A stretch of 64,000 bases of DNA from Anthoceros angustus (taxonomy: Eukaryota; Plantae; Anthocerotophyta): positions 1 to 64,000 of the forward strand of contig VJWM01000223.1 in the NCBI GenBank assembly GCA_010909165.1, read 5' to 3'. A program made the translations under genes and the position numbers. How positions within the stretch are numbered: the first letter of the stretch is position 1; each line of letters starts with the position of its first letter. Below are positions 38,032 through 53,422 of the stretch, one piece after another. The notes under the pieces were generated by a model, which was not told where the DNA came from, did not search any database, and saw only the letters and a list, made by a program, of their open reading frames with translations.

Positions 38032-38626
38032 CCCAACGGTGAATTAGGCGTACACTAAAGGTCGAGTGCATAATTCCTTGCATTTTCTCTCAAAAGAATC
38101 CCTTGTATTCTCATTTTCACAAGGATAAGGTAAGAGGGCAGCTAGATGCAATAATTCCTTTTTCGATTCCTTGATAAAAAGAAAGTTGGGCGAGACTTTC
38201 TTCACTATAGCCATTAATTTTTATAAGTGTAAATAATTTTCAAACAACGTGAATTTTTATCTTCAAAGATCTAGTAATGTCATCGAGTTCTCTAGTTTGG
38301 TATGGTGGTTAGATCTCGTTCCATACATGTATGCGAATGATCGCACTATCCAAATACTCTAACTGCACTTCCTTTGAGGAGTGACACGTTTGTCGCAATG
38401 AATTCATTGGATGGAACTACGTGGTTAAGCAACCCTTGGCTAGAATGCTCGAGATGGGGTACCACTCACCTACCCAATTGCTCCGGGCCCTTGAAGTGAC
38501 ACGAAGCCATGAGTTCATTGGCACTCCGTGGTTAAGCAACCCTCCGGTGCCCAATTGCTCCTAGCCATGGCCCTTGGTGGCTCTGTTGTAATCTGAGAGC
38601 GTTCATTGGCACTCCGTGGTCAAGTG

Positions 38627-40030
38627 GCGCAAAAGTCACATGCACTTCTGCGGATTCAAGTCGAGGCAAATGCACAAGCTTGAAAGACAGCCACAAAGCG
38701 TGAGCATCCGCCTTCACACACGATCTCGCATGTCATGGTGCAGTGTATGGCCTCTTCGAGTTTCCCATGTTGAGTAGCGGTGATGATGGAAAACCACATG
38801 AAGGCATATGGTTTCCCTACAGTGAACACATCCATGGCCTCCTGCAGCCTACCTCCACTTGCATACATGCGCAACAAATGGTTCGCCAAGTATGCATGCG
38901 ACTCGTACCAAGTTTGTGATAAGATCATGAACTCGTCGCCCACAAACAAATCCTTCACAGGCTGCACATAGTTTTAACACAACATATACGAGGCGGAAAT
39001 AGGACAATTTTCCAAGCCCGAGATTCCAGTGCAGCGGCCTCGATGGCTTCCCTGGCGGCGTAGCGTGATCACGGCGGTATTCTGACACCCATTTCCGATC
39101 CTGCCGCTGCCGACCTCACGATTAGCGGAGAGCTCGGTGCAAGGAGACTCAAGGATCGTGGCATCTTGGTGGAAAGAGGAGAGGAGAGAGGAGGAGGCAA
39201 GAGTAGCTCTCTCACATTGAGATGAGGCTTGGAGGTATTTATACCCTCAGCGGGCTCCTAGGAGCTCCACAAGAAGCTCCTAGGAAGGAGCACAAGAAGC
39301 TTCCTAGTGATTAGCTTAAGCTAAACTAATGATACTTAACGACACCTAACTTAGACTAAGTGTATTGGTCTAAGTACATTGCTTTAATACCCTTACGGAC
39401 TCGCCATGAGCCATGTGCATATCCAAAAGCAAGCTCGTCCACCCAAGTTGGCTTGAACATCTTTGTTTAACGGAGGACCTCGCTGGACCCCTTCCAGAAA
39501 TCAGGCGGCGAGCTCTTCTTATCTACTTTGTTGTCCCACCACATCGTAGGGTCCAAAAATTGTTGCCACAAGAGCTCCTGCTCCCACCCACGACCATCAT
39601 TGGAAAATCCTTCCCCACCCACACACTTTCGAAGGTGGAAGTCTGGGTTGCTCATCTTCTTGCACACGGAGGTTTGGCTGGTTACGGTGCTTGACCCGAG
39701 GTGGCGTGCGTGGGAGCTCCTTGTAGAATCCACCTCGCTCGCCACTTTGTTGGGTCCACAAGGGATCCGGTTTCCATATTGTAGCCACGTTACGGGCACC
39801 GCCCTCGAAGATGGAGAGGCGGACACAAACTACCTATGAGCGTGATAGATCAGCGGAGGACACATGCCCTTCATGCACACCTCCCTTCCGGATCTGACGC
39901 TAGTTTGCAACGCCATCTTGCAACTGCTCATCCGGGCGAAACTCCAACTTGGGCAGCAAGCTTGCGAGGCTCCTTTTGCTGCACTTGGAATCGTGTGCGA
40001 AATTGACCGCCTCACATTGCACCACCTGGC
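38627..40030 (-). pseudogene. OSB-PPR fragment, copy D (with solo LTR)
   Basis: ORF 39467..39826 gives QELLWQQFLDPTMWWDNKVDKKSSPPDFWKGSSEVL. Confidence 0.75.
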
Positions 40031-40364
40031 CAAGGCCAAGGAACTTGGGCCTATGTACATAGGTATATCTTGATGTACCTATATTATTGTCGAAGACCAA
40101 GGAACGTGGGGCTATATGTATATGTTATATAAGTTACTTATATTATTGATAATCTTTGAGAAAAATTTCATCCTAAGATTATATAATAATTTTCATGATA
40201 TAAATTACCGAGAACCAAGGAACATTAGGCTATCTATATATGCAAGTATATAGGTTGTTTTATTATTGCACAATCGCTGATAGTTTTACAAAAGCTTGGT
40301 GGAAAGCTAGTTTCGCAGAGTATTAAAAACCAAGCTAGCTAGTTTGTGTGAGAGTAGAAAAACA

Positions 40365-41348
40365 ATGGACATGAATAATACTGCCTATGCTCTCAATTCA
40401 CGACATTTGCCCCAGTTGCGAAGATAGATGAAGGCGTCTGCGGAAATATTCAGGTTTAATCATGATATAATTAAAATTATACCTCTTGACAACGAGCGTG
40501 AGGAGCAACATCTTGAAGCGATAAACAATGAATTCTTGATCGCAGACTTTGGCCACCTTACAAGATGCAGAGGCTCCTTTTGCTGCACTAATTCTTATGC
40601 AACAAATCCCATGCAATATGGGAAGGACCACTCTTTTCCGAGTTTATTATTGCTAAGGCGCAGTGGGTGTCCTATGCAACAAGGTTTCCTCTAGAGTATC
40701 CACCTTGTCAAAGGTTCGGGATGATTGTACAAGAGGAGGCTGGGATTCCTTTGTCAAAATTCCAATTTTCACACAATGCAGAAATCAAAAGCATGTTATT
40801 GCAAGTAACTCTTGCTTTACACGTAGCACAAAAGCTTATGGATTCGAGCATCGTGACCTCCATACAAAAATATTCTTTTGACTTATCGAGATCAACAAAG
40901 TGTTGAATTCTATACCGTATGCAATAGAAAGAAAAAATCAAAACATACGGAATAAGGGTATCTATAATAGATTTCGGATTATCACGTATGCAACGTGATA
41001 CACAAGTCCTATTTAGCAAAGTGGCAAAATTTGAGCCGAGGGATATCATTTGCGCTGCACTTGGAATCGTGTGCGAAATTGTGGGCTCAAATTGGGACCA
41101 TAGTTTCCCTAAGATCAATGCGATATGGATCAATTATCTAACTCAAGTCGTTGCTGCAAAGCAGTTGAAAACCAAGAATTGCCCCTAAATTGCCTTCAAC
41201 AATTATTTGCTTTTCTTTTGAATGAGTAACATTGTGTAACAGCAGAGATTGGAAGAGACCGGTTTTCGAAGACATGTGGCTAAAAGAAATGTCGAGTGAA
41301 GTCAAACTACATTCTAATTCTTATTCAAAAGTTAAGATGACATTGTAA
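40365..41348 (+). CDS. Haspin-like protein kinase, copy 5
   Basis: Same motifs as copy 1. Confidence 0.8.
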
Positions 41349-41944
41349 CCCAACGGTGAATTAGGCGTACACTAAAGGTCGAGTGCATAATTCCTTGCAT
41401 TTTCTCTCAAAAGAATCCCTTGTATTCTCATTTTCACAAGGATAAGGTAAGAGGGCAGCTAGATGCAATAATTCCTTTTCGATTCCTTGATAAAAAGAAA
41501 GTTGGGCGAGAGACTTTCTTCACTATAGCCATTAATTTTTATAAGTGTAAATAATTTTTACAATTTTCAAACCGTGAATTTTTATCTTCAAAGATCTAGT
41601 AATGTCATCGAGTTCTCTAGTTTGGTATGGTGGTTAGATCTCGTTCCATACATGCGAATGATCGCACTATCCAAATACTCTAACACTTCCTTTGAGGGTG
41701 ACACGTTTGTCGCAATGAATTCATTGGATGGAACTACGTGGTTAAGCAACCCTTGGCTAGAATGCTCACGAGATGGGGTACCACTCACCTACCCAATTGC
41801 TCCGGGCCCTTGAAGTGACACGAAGCCATGAGTTCATTGGCACTCCGTGGTTAAGCAACCCTCCGGTGCCCAATTGCTCCTAGCCATGGCCCTTGGTGGC
41901 TCTGTTGATACCGTGAGCGTTCATTGGCACTCCGTGGTCAAGTG

Positions 41945-43138
41945 GCGCAAAAGTCACAGTGCACTTCTCTGCGGATTCAAGTCCGAGGCAAATGCACAAG
42001 CTTGAAAGACAGCCACAAAGCCGTGAGCATCCGCCTTCACACGATCTCGCATGTCATGATGCAGTGTATGGCCTCTTCAGTTTCCATGTTCGAGTAAGCG
42101 GTGATGATGGAAAACCACATGAAGGCATATGGTTTCCCTACAGTGAACACATCCATGGCCTCCTGCAGCCTACCTCCACTTGCATACATGCGCAACAAAT
42201 GGTTCGCCAAGTATGCATGCGACTCGTACCAAGTTTGTGATAAGATCATGAACTCGTCGCCCCACAAACAAATCCTTCACGGCTGCACATAGTTTTAACA
42301 CGGCATATACGAGGCGGAAATAGGACAATTTTCCAAGCCCGGAGATTCCAGTACACCTCGATAAGCTTCCCTGGCGGCGTAACGTGATCACGGCGGTATT
42401 CTGACACCCATTTCCGATCTGCCGCTGCCGGCCTCACGATTAGCGGAGGCTCGGTGCAAGGAGACTCGCCATGAGCCATGCATATCCAAAAGCGTGCTCG
42501 TCCACCCAAGTTGGCTTGAACATCTTTGTTTAACGAGGACCTCGCTGGACCCCTTCCATGGGAATCGGGCGGCGGGGCTCTTCTTATCTACTTTGTTGTC
42601 CCACCACATCGTAGGGTCGGAAAAATTGTTGCCACAAGAGCTCCTTGTAGAATCCACCTCGCTCGCCACGACCATCATTGGAAAATCCTTCCCCACCACA
42701 CACTTTCGAAGGTGGAAGTCTTTGGGTTGCTCATCTTCTTTGGAGGTTTGGCTGGTTACCGATGCTTGACCCGAGGTGGCGTGCGTGGGAGCTCCTTGTA
42801 GAATCCACCTCGCTCGCCACTTTGTTGGGTCCACAAGGGATCCGGTTTCCATATTGTAGCCACGTTACAGGCACCGCCCTCGAAAGATGGAGCCGAGGCG
42901 GACACAAACTACCTATGAGCGTGATAGATCGGCCGGAGGACACATGCCCTTCATGCACACCTCCCTTCCGGATCTGACGCTAGTTTGCAACAGCCATCTT
43001 GCAACTGTTCATCCTGGGCGAAAACTCCAACTTGGGCAGCAAGCTTGAAAGACAGCCACAAAGCCGTGAGCATCCGCCTTCACACGATCTCGCATGTCAT
43101 GAATTCATTGGATGGAACCCTCACATTGCACCTGGCCA
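41945..43138 (-). pseudogene. OSB-PPR fragment, copy E (no solo LTR)
   Basis: Empty site gcaaggaGACTCgccatgag at 42463-42467. Confidence 0.7.
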
Positions 43139-43468
43139 GGCCAAGGAACTTGGGCCTATGTACATAGGTATATCTTGATGTACCTATATTATTGTCGAAG
43201 ACCAAGGAACGTGGGGCTATATGTATATGTTATATAAGTTACTTATATTATTGATAATCTTTGAGAAAAATTTCATCCTAAGATTATATAATAATTTTCA
43301 TGATATAAATTACGAGAACCAAGGAACATTAGGCTATCTATATATGCAAGTATATAGGTTGTTTTATTATTGCACAATCGCTGATAGTTTTACAAAAGCT
43401 TGGTGGAAAGCTAGTTTCAGAGTATTAAAAACCAAGCTAGCTAGTTTGTGTGAGAGTACCGAAAAACA

Positions 43469-44444
43469 ATGGACATGAATAATCCTATGCTCTCAATTCA
43501 CGACATTTGCCCCAGTTGCGAAGATAGATGAAGGCGTCTGCGGAAATATTCAGGTTTAATCATGATATAATTAAAATTATACCTCTTGACAACGAGCGTG
43601 AGGAGCAACATCTTGAAGCGATAAACAATGAATTCGATCGCAGACTTTGGCCACCTTACAAGATGCAGAGGCTCCTTTTGCTGCACTAATTCTTATGCAA
43701 CAAATCCCATGCAATATGGGAAGGACCACTCTTTTCCGAGTTTATTATTGCTAAGGCGCCGTCGTGTCCTATGCAACAAGGTTTCCTCTAGAGTATCCAC
43801 CTTGTCAAAGGTTCGGGATGATTGTACAAGAGGAGGCTGGGATTCCTTTGTCAAAATTCCAATTTTCACACAATGCGAAATCAAAAGCATGTTATTGCAA
43901 GCAACTCTTGCTTTACACGTAGCACAAAAGCTTATGGATTCGAGCATCGTGACCTCCATACAAAAATATTCTTTTGACTTATCTTTGGAGATCAACAAAG
44001 TGTTGAATTCTATACCGTATGCAATAGAAAGAAAAAATCAAAACATACGGAATAAGGGTATCTATAATAGATTTCGGATTATCACGTATGCAACGTGATA
44101 CACAAGTCCTATTTAGCAAAGTGGCAAAATTTGAGCCGAGGGATATCATTTGCTGCACTTGGAATCGTGTGCACGAAATTGTGGGCTCAAATTGGGACCA
44201 TAGTTTCCCTAAGATCAATGCGATATGGATCAATTATCTAACTCAAGTCGTTGCTGCAAAGCAGTTGAAAACCAAGAATTGCCCCTAAATTGCCTTCAAC
44301 AATTATTTGCTTTTCTTTGGGAGTAACATTGTGTAACACAGAGATTGGAAGAGACCGGTTTTCGAAGACATGTGGCTAAAAGAAATGTCGAGTGAAGTCA
44401 AACTACATTCTAATTCTTATTCAAAAGTTAAGATGACATTGTAA
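43469..44444 (+). CDS. Haspin-like protein kinase, copy 6
   Basis: Same motifs as copy 1. Confidence 0.8.
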
Positions 44445-45047
44445 CCCAACGGTGAATTAGACGTACACTAAAGGTCGAGTGCATAATTCCTTGCATTTTC
44501 TCTCAAAAAGAATCCCTTGTATTCTCATTTTCACAAGGATAAGGTAAGAGGGCAACTAGATGCAATAATTCCTTTTTCGATTCCTTGATAAAAAGAAAGT
44601 TGGGCGAGAGACTTTCTTCACTATAGCCATTAATTTTTATAAGTGTAAATAATTTTTACATTTTTCAAAGACTGTGAATTTTTATCTTCAAAGATCTAGT
44701 AATGTCATCGAGTTCTCTAGTTTGGTATGGTGGTTAGATCTCGTTCCATACAATATGCGAATGATCGCACTATCCAAATACTCTAACGCACTTCCTTTGA
44801 GGAGTGACACGTTTATGCAATGAATTCATTGGATGGAACTACGTGGTTAAGCAACCCTTGGCTAGAATCTCGAGATGGGGTACCACTCACCTACCCAATT
44901 GCTCGGGCCCTTGAAGTGACACGAAGCCATGAGTTCATTGGCACTCCGTGGTTAAGCAACCCTCCGGTGCCCAATTGCTCCTAGCCATGGCCCTTGGTGG
45001 CTCTGTTATGATACCGTGAGCGTTCATTGGCACTCCGTGGTCAAGTG

Positions 45048-46452
45048 GCGCAAAAGTCACATGCACTTCTCTGCGGATTCAAGTCGAGGCAAATGCACAA
45101 GCTTGAAGAGACCACAAAGCCGTGAGCATCCGCCTTCACACGATCTCGCATGTCATGATGCAGTGTATGGCCTCTTCAGTTTCCCATGTTGAGTAGCGGT
45201 GATGATGGAAAACCACATGAAGGCATATGGTTTCCCTACAGTGAACACATCCATGGCCTCCTGCACCTACCTCCACTTGCATACATGCGCAACAAATGGT
45301 TCGCCAAGTATGCATGCGACTCGTACCAAGTTTGTGATAAGATCATGAACTCGTCGCCCACAAACAAATCCTTCGGCTGCACATAGTTTTAACACGGCAT
45401 ATACGAGGCGGAAATAGGACAATTTTCCAAGCCCGGAGATTCCAGGCTGCAGCGGCCTCGATAAGCTTCCCTGGCGTAGCGTGATCACGGCGGCGGTATT
45501 CTGACACCCATTTCCGATCCTGCCGCCACCTCACGATTAGCCGGAGAGCTCGGTGCAAGGAGACTACGAAGGATCGTGCATATCTTCAGTGGAAAGAGGA
45601 GAGAGAGAGGAGGAGGCAAGAGTAGCTCTCACATTGAGATGAGGCTTGGAGGTATTTATACCCTCAGGAGAGGAGCTCCACAAGAAGCTCCTAGGAAGGA
45701 GCACAAGAAGCTTCCTAGTGATTAGCTTAAGCTAAACTAATGATATAACCGACACCTAACTTAGACTAAGTGTATTAGTCTAAGTACATTGAGCTTTAAT
45801 ACCCACACTCGCCATGAGCCATGTGCATATCCAAAGAAAGCAGCTCCACCCAAGTTGGCTTGAACATCTTTGTTTAACCAGAGGACCTCGCCTCACATTG
45901 CACCGCCCTCGAAAGATGGAGTGAGGAGCTCTTCTTATCTACTTTGTTGTCCCACCACATCGTAGGGTCGGAAAAATTGTTGCCACAAGAGCTCTGCTCG
46001 CCACGACCATCGAAAATCCTTCCCCACACACTTTCGAAGGTGGAAGTCTGGGTTGCTCATCTTCGCACTGGAGGTTTGGCTGGTTACCAGTGCTTGACCC
46101 ACTGAGGTGACGTGCGTGGGAGCTCCTTGTAGAATCCACCTACGCTCGCCACTTTGTTGGGTCCACAAGGGATCCGGTTTCCATATTGTAGCCATGTTAC
46201 AGGCACCGCTCTCGAAAGATGGAGTTGAGGCGGACACAAACTACCTATGAGCGTGATAGATCAGCCAGAGGACATATGCCCTTCATGCACACCTCCCCTT
46301 CCAGATACAGACGCTAGTTTGCAACCTGGCCATGCTGCAACCTGCTCATCCTGGAACGAAAACTCCAACTTGGGCAGCAAGCTTATGAGGCCTTGGTATG
46401 ATCAGAGGGCATTTGCGAAATTGACCTGCCCTCACATTGCACCCTGCAACCG
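45048..46452 (-). pseudogene. OSB-PPR fragment, copy F (with solo LTR)
   Basis: Same motifs as copy A. Confidence 0.7.
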
Positions 46453-46790
46453 AAGGCCAAGGAACTTGGGCCTATGTACATAGGTATATCTTCAGTGTAC
46501 CTATATTATTGTCGAAGACCAAGGAACGTGGGGCTATATATGTATATGTTATATAAGTTACTTATATTATTGATAATCTTTGAGAAAAATTTCATCCTAA
46601 GATTATATAATAATTTTCATGATATAAATTACCGAGAACCAAGGAACATTAGGCTATCTATATATGCAAGTATATAGGTTGTTTTATTATTGCACAATCG
46701 CTGATAGTTTTACAAAAGCTTGGTGGAAAGCTAGTTTGTGAGAGTATTAAAAACCAAGCTAGCTAGTTTGTGTGAGAGTACCGAAAAACA

Positions 46791-47772
46791 ATGGACATGA
46801 ATAATACTGCCTATGCTCTCAATTCACGACATTTGCCCCAGTTGCGAAGATAGATGAAGGCGGCGTCTGCGGAAATATTCAGGTTTAATCATGATATAAT
46901 TAAAATTATACCTCTTGACAACGAGCGTGAGGAGCAACATCTTGAAGCGATAAACAATGAATTCTTGATCGCGAGACTTTGGCCACCTTACAAGATCAGA
47001 GGCTCCTTTTGCTGCACTAATTCTTATGCAACAAATCCCATGCAATATGGGAAGGACCACTCTTTTCCGAGTTTATTATTGCTAAGGCGCCGGTGGGTGT
47101 CCTATGCAACAAGGTTTCCTCTAGAGTATCCACCTTGTCAAAGGTTCGGGATGATTGTACAAGAGGAGGCTGGGATTCCTTTGTCAAAATTCCAATTTCA
47201 CACAATGCGAAATCAAAAGCATGTTATTGCAAGTAACTCTTGCTTTACGTAGCACAAAAGCTTATGGATTCGAGCATCGTGACCTCCATACAAAAATATT
47301 CTTTTGACTTATCGAGATCAACAAAGTGTTGAATTCTATACCGTATGCAATAGAAAGAAAAAATCAAAACATACGGAATAAGGGTATCTATAATAGATTT
47401 GGATTATCACGTATGCAACGTGATACACAAGTCCTATTTAGCAAAGTGGCAAAATTTGAGCCGAGGGATATCATTTTGCACTTGGAATCGTGTGCACGAA
47501 ATTGTGGGCTCAAATTGGGACCATAGTTTCCCTAAGATCAATGCGATATGGATCAATTATCTAACTCAAGTCGTTGCTGCAAAGCAGTTGAAAACCAAGA
47601 ATTGCCCCTAAATTGCCTTCAACAATTATTTGCTTTTGCTTTTGGACGAGTAACATTGTGTAACACAACAGAGATTGGAAGAGACCGGTTTTCAAGACAT
47701 GTGGCTAAAAGAAATGTCAGTGAAGTCAAACTACATTCTAATTCTTATTCAAAAGTTAAGATGACATTGTAA
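46791..47772 (+). CDS. Haspin-like protein kinase, copy 7
   Basis: Same motifs; C-terminal frame in ORF 47548..47772. Confidence 0.8.
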
Positions 47773-48368
47773 CCCAACGGTGAATTAGACGTACACTAAA
47801 GGTCGAGTGCATAATTCCTTGCATTTTCTCTCAAAAGAATCCCTTGTATTCTCATTTTCACAAGGATAAGGTAAGAGGGCAGCTAGATGCAATAATTCCT
47901 TTTCGATTCCTTGATAAAAAGAAAGTTAGGCGAGACTTTCTTCACTATAGCCATTAATTTTTATAAGTGTAAATAATTTTACAATTTTCAAACACTGAAT
48001 TTTTATCTTCAAAGATCTAGTAATGTCATCGAGTTCTCTAGTTTGGTATGGTGGTTAGATCTCGTTCCATACTATGCGAATGATCGCACTATCCAAATAC
48101 TCTAACGCACTTCCTTTGAGGAGTGACACGTTTATCATGAATTCATTGGATGGAACTCGTGGTTAAGCAACCCTTCGGCTAGAAACGCTCGAGATGGGGT
48201 ACCACTCACCTACCCAATTGCTCGGGCCCTTGAAGTGACACGAAGCCATGAGTTCATTGGCACTCCGTGGTTAAGCAACCCTCCGGTGCCCAATTGCTCC
48301 TAGCCATGGCCCTTGGTGGCTCTGTTGATACCGTGAGAACGCGTTCATTGGCACTCCGTGGTCAAGTG

Positions 48369-49797
48369 GCGCAAAAGTCACAGTGCACTTCTCTGCGGAT
48401 TCCAAGTCGAGGCAAATGCACAAGCTTGAAAGACAGCCACAAAGCCGTGAGCATCCGCCTTCACACACGATCTCGCATGTCATGCAGTGTATGGCCTCTT
48501 CGAGTTTCCCATGTTCGAGTAGCGGTGATGATGGAAAACCATATGAAGGCATATGGTTTCCCTACCGTGAACACATCCATGGCCTCCTGCACCTACCTCC
48601 ACTTGCATACATGCGCAACAAATGGTTCGCCAAGTATGCATGCGACTCGTACCAAGTTTGAGAAGATCATGAACTCGTCGCCCACAAACAAATCCTTCAC
48701 GGCTGCACATAGTTTTAACACGGCATATACGAGGCGGAAATAGGACAATTTGCCAAGCCCGGAGATTCCAGTGCAGCGGCCTCGATAAGCTTCCCTGGCG
48801 GCGTAGCGTGATCACGGCGGTATTCTGACACCCATTTCCGATCCTGCGCGCCGACCTCACGATTAGCGGAGCTCGGTGCAAGGAGACTCGAAGGATCGTG
48901 GATGGATCTGGAAAGAGGAGAGGAGGAGGAGGCAAGAGTAGCTCTCTCACATTGAGATGAGGCTTGGAGGTATTTATACCCTCCAGCAGCTCCTAGGAAG
49001 CTCCACAAGAAGCTCCTAGGAAGGAGCACAAGAAGCTTCCTAGTGATTAGCTTAAGCTAAACTAATGATACTTAACGACACCTAACTTAGACTAAGTGTA
49101 TTAGTCTAAGTACATTGGGCTTTAATACCCTTGACTCGCCATGAGCCATGTGCATATCCAAAGCAGCTGCTCGTCCACCCAAGTTGGCTTGAACATCTTT
49201 GTTTAACGGAGGACCTCTGGACCCTTCATAATCAGGCGGCGAGCTCTTCTTATCTACTTTGTTGTCCCACCACATCGTAGGGTCGGAAAAATTGTTGCCA
49301 CAAGAGCTCCTTGTAGAATCCACCTCGCTCGCCACGACCATATTTGAAAATCCTTCCCCACCACACACTTTGAAGGTGGAAGTCTTTGGGTTGCTCATCT
49401 TCGCACTGGAGGTTTGGCTGGTTACGTGCTTGACCCACGAGGTGGCGTGCGTGGGAGCTCCTTGTAGAATCCACCTCGCCACTTTGTTGGGTCCACAAGG
49501 GATCCGGTTTCCATATTGTAGCCACGTTACGGGCACCGCCCTCGAAGATGGGTGAGGCGGACACAAACTACCTATGAGCGTGATAGATCAGCGGAGGACA
49601 CATGCCCTTCATGCACACCTCCCTTCCGGATCTGACGCTAGTTTGCGCCATCTTGCAACTGTTCATCCTGAACGAAAACTCCAACTTGGGCCTATGTACA
49701 TAGGTATATCTTGATTGTACAAGAGGAGGCTGGGATTCCTTTGTCAAAATTCCAATTTCACACAATGCGAAATTGACCGCCTCACATTGCACCAGCA
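48369..49797 (-). pseudogene. OSB-PPR fragment, copy G (with solo LTR)
   Basis: Same motifs as copy A. Confidence 0.7.
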
Positions 49798-50135
49798 AGG
49801 CCAAGGAACTTGGGCCTATGTACATAGGTATATCTTGATTGTACCTATATTATTGTCGAAGACCAAGGAACGTGGGGCTATATATGTATATGTTATATAA
49901 GTTACTTATATTATTGATAATCTTTGAGAAAAAATTTCATCCTAAGATTATATAATAATTTTCATGATATAAATTACGAGAACCAAGGAACATTAGGCTA
50001 TCTATATATGCAAGTATATAGGTTGTTTTATTATTGCACAATCGCTGATAGTTTTACAAAAGCTTGGTGGAAAGCTAGTTTGTGTGAGAGTATTAAAAAC
50101 CAAGCTAGCTAGTTTGTGTGAGAGTACCAAAAACA

Positions 50136-51115
50136 ATGGACATGAATAATACGCCTATGCTCTCAATTCACGACATTTGCCCCAGTTGCGAAGATAGATG
50201 AAGGCGTCTGCGGAAATATTCAGTTTAATCATGATATAATTAAAATTATACCTCTTGACAACGAGCGTGAGGAGCAACATCTTGAAGCGATAAACAATGA
50301 ATTCTTGATCGCGAGACTTTGGCCACCTTACAAGATGCAGAGGCTCCTTTTGCTGCACTAATTTCTTATGCAACAAATCCCATGCAATATGGGAAGGACC
50401 ACTCTTTTCCGAGTTTATTATTGCTAAGGCGCCGGTGGGTGTCCTATGCAACAAGGTTTCCTCTAGAGTATCCACCTTGTCAAAGGTTCGGGATGATTGT
50501 ACAAGAGGAGGCTGGGATTCCTTTGTCAAAATTCCAATTTCACACAATGCAGAAATCAAAAGCATGTTATTGCAAGTAACTCTTGCTTTACACGTAGCAC
50601 AAAAGCTTATGGATTCGAGCATCGTGACCTCCATACAAAAATATTCTTTTGACTTATCGAGATCAACAAAGTGTTGAATTCTATACCGTATGCAATAGAA
50701 AGAAAAAATCAAAACATACGGAATAAGGGTATCTATAATAGATTTCGGATTATCACGTATGCAACGTGATACACAAGTCCTATTTAGCAAAGTGGCAAAA
50801 TTTGAGCCGAGGGATATCATTTCTGCACTTGGAATCGTGTGCGAAATTGTGGGCTCAAATTGGGACCATAGTTTCCCTAAGATCAATGCGATATGGATCA
50901 ATTATCTAACTCAAGTCGTTGCTGCAAAGCAGTTGAAAACCAAGAATTGCCCCTAAATTGCCTTCAACAATTATTTGCTTTTCTGGACGAGTAACATTGT
51001 GTAACACAACAGAGATTGGAAGAGACCAGTTTTCGAAGACATGTGGCTAAAAGAAATGTCGAGTGAAGTCAAACTACATTCTAATTCTTATTCAAAAGTT
51101 AAGATGACATTGTAA
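50136..51115 (+). CDS. Haspin-like protein kinase, copy 8
   Basis: Same motifs as copy 1. Confidence 0.8.
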
Positions 51116-51713
51116 CCCAACGGTGAATTAGACGTACACTAAAGGTCGAGTGCATAATTCCTTGCATTTTCTCTCAAAAGAATCCCTTGTATTCTCATTT
51201 TCACAAGGATAAGGTAAGAGGCAGCTAGATGCAATAATTCCTTTTCGATTCCTTGATAAAAAGAAAGTTGGGCGAGAGACTTTCTTCACTATAGCCATTA
51301 ATTTTTATAAGTGTAAATAATTTTACAATTTTCAAACACGTGAATTTTTATCTTCAAAGATCTAGTAATGTCATCGAGTTCTCTAGTTTGGTATGGTGGT
51401 TAGATCTCGTTCCATACGTATGCGAATGATCGCACTATCCAAATACTCTAACCGCACTTCCTTTGAGGAGTGACACGTTTGTCATAATGAATTCATTGGA
51501 TGGAACTACGTGGTTAAGCAACCCTTGGCTAGAATGCTCGAGATGGGGTACCACTCACCTACCCAATTGCTCGGGCCCTTGAAGTGACACGAAGCCATGA
51601 GTTCATTGGCACTCCGTGGTTAAGCAACCCTCCGGTGCCCAATTGCTCCTAGCCATGGCCCTTGGTGGCTCTGTTGATACCGTGAGCGTTCATTGGCACT
51701 CCGTGGTCAAGTG

Positions 51714-53088
51714 GCGCAAAAGTCACAGTGCACTTCTCTGCGGATTCAAGTCCGAGGCAAATGCACAAGCTTGAAAGACAGCCACAAAGCCGTGAGCATC
51801 CGCCTTCACACGATCTCGCATGTCATGGTACAGTGTATGGCCTCTTCAGTTTCCCATGTTCGAGTAGCGGTGATGATGGAAAACCATGAAGGCATATGGT
51901 TTCCCTACCAGTGAACACATCCATGGCCTCCTGCAGCCTACCTCCACTTGCATACATGCGCAACAAATGGTTCGCCAAGTATGCATCGACTCGTACCAAG
52001 TTTGACAAGAAGATCATGAACTCGTCGCCCCACAAACAAATCCTTCCGGCTGCACATAGTTTTAACACGGCATATACGAGGCGGAAATAGGACAATTTTC
52101 CAAGCCCGAGATTCCGAAACAGCGGCCTCGATGGCTTCCCTGGCGGCGTAACGTGATCACGGCGGCGGTATTCTGACACCCATTTCCGATCACCGCTGCC
52201 GACCTCACGATTAGCCGGGCTCGGTGCAAGGAGACTACGAAGGATCGTGGGCGACCATCTGATGGAAAGAGGAGAGGAGAGGAGAGGAGGAGGAGGCAAG
52301 AGTAGCTCTCTCACATTGAGATGAGGCTTGGAGGTATTTATCCAACAGGCTCCCTAAGCTCCACAAGAAGCTCCTAGGAAGGAGCACGAAGCTTCCTAGT
52401 GATTAGCTTAAGCTAAACTAATGATACTTAACGACACCTAACTTAGACTAAGTGTATTAGTCTAAGTACATTGCTTTAATAAAACTTGCCATGAGCCATG
52501 TGCATATCCAAAGCAGTGCTCGTCCACCCAAGTTGGCTTGAACATCTTTCAGGACCACGACTTGGAAAATCAGTGGAGCTCTTCTTATCTCGTTGTCCCA
52601 CCACATCGTAGGGTCGGAAAAATTGTTGCCACAAGAGCTCCTGCTCGGCCACGACCATCTGGAAAATCCTTCCCCACCCACACACTTTCGAAAGGTGGAA
52701 GTGGGTTGCTCATCTGGAGGTTTGGCTGGTTACTGCTTGACCCGAGGTGGCGTGCGTGGGAGCTCCTTGTAGAATCCACCTCGCCGCCACTTTGTTGGGT
52801 CCACAAGGGATCCGGTTTCCATATTGTAGCCACGTTACAGGCACCGCCCTCGAAAGATGGAGTGAGGCGGACACAAACTACCTATGAGCGTGATAGATCG
52901 CCGGAGGACACATGCCCTTCATGCACACCTCCCTTCCGGATCTGACGCTAGTTTGCAACCTCATTTACAACTTGATTTGTTCATCCTGGGCGAAACTCCA
53001 ACTTGGGCAGCAAGCTTGAAATTGACCGCCTCACATTGAGATGAGGCTTGGCATTTGCGAAATTGACCGCCTCACATTGCACCACACA
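51714..53088 (-). pseudogene. OSB-PPR fragment, copy H (with solo LTR)
   Basis: Same motifs as copy A. Confidence 0.7.
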
Positions 53089-53422
53089 AGGCCAAGGAAC
53101 TTGGGCCTATGTACATAGGTATATCTTGATGTACCTATATTATTGTCGAAGACCAAGGAACGTGGGGCTATATATGTATATGTTATATAAGTTACTTATA
53201 TTATTGATAATCTTTGAGAAAAATTTCATCCTAAGATTATATAATAATTTTCATGATATAAATTACCGAGAACCAAGGAACATTAGGCTATCTATATATG
53301 CAAGTATATAGGTTGTTTTATTATTGCACAATCGCTGATAGTTTTACAAAAGCTTGGTGGAAAGCTAGTTTCAGAGTATTAAAAACCAAGCTAGCTAGTT
53401 TGTGTGAGAGTACCGAAAAACA

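Noticed and set aside
50155-50901. 248 aa minus-strand ORF (and shorter equivalents in other units)
   Set aside because: Antisense shadow of the Haspin-like gene; the kinase motifs are on the + strand.
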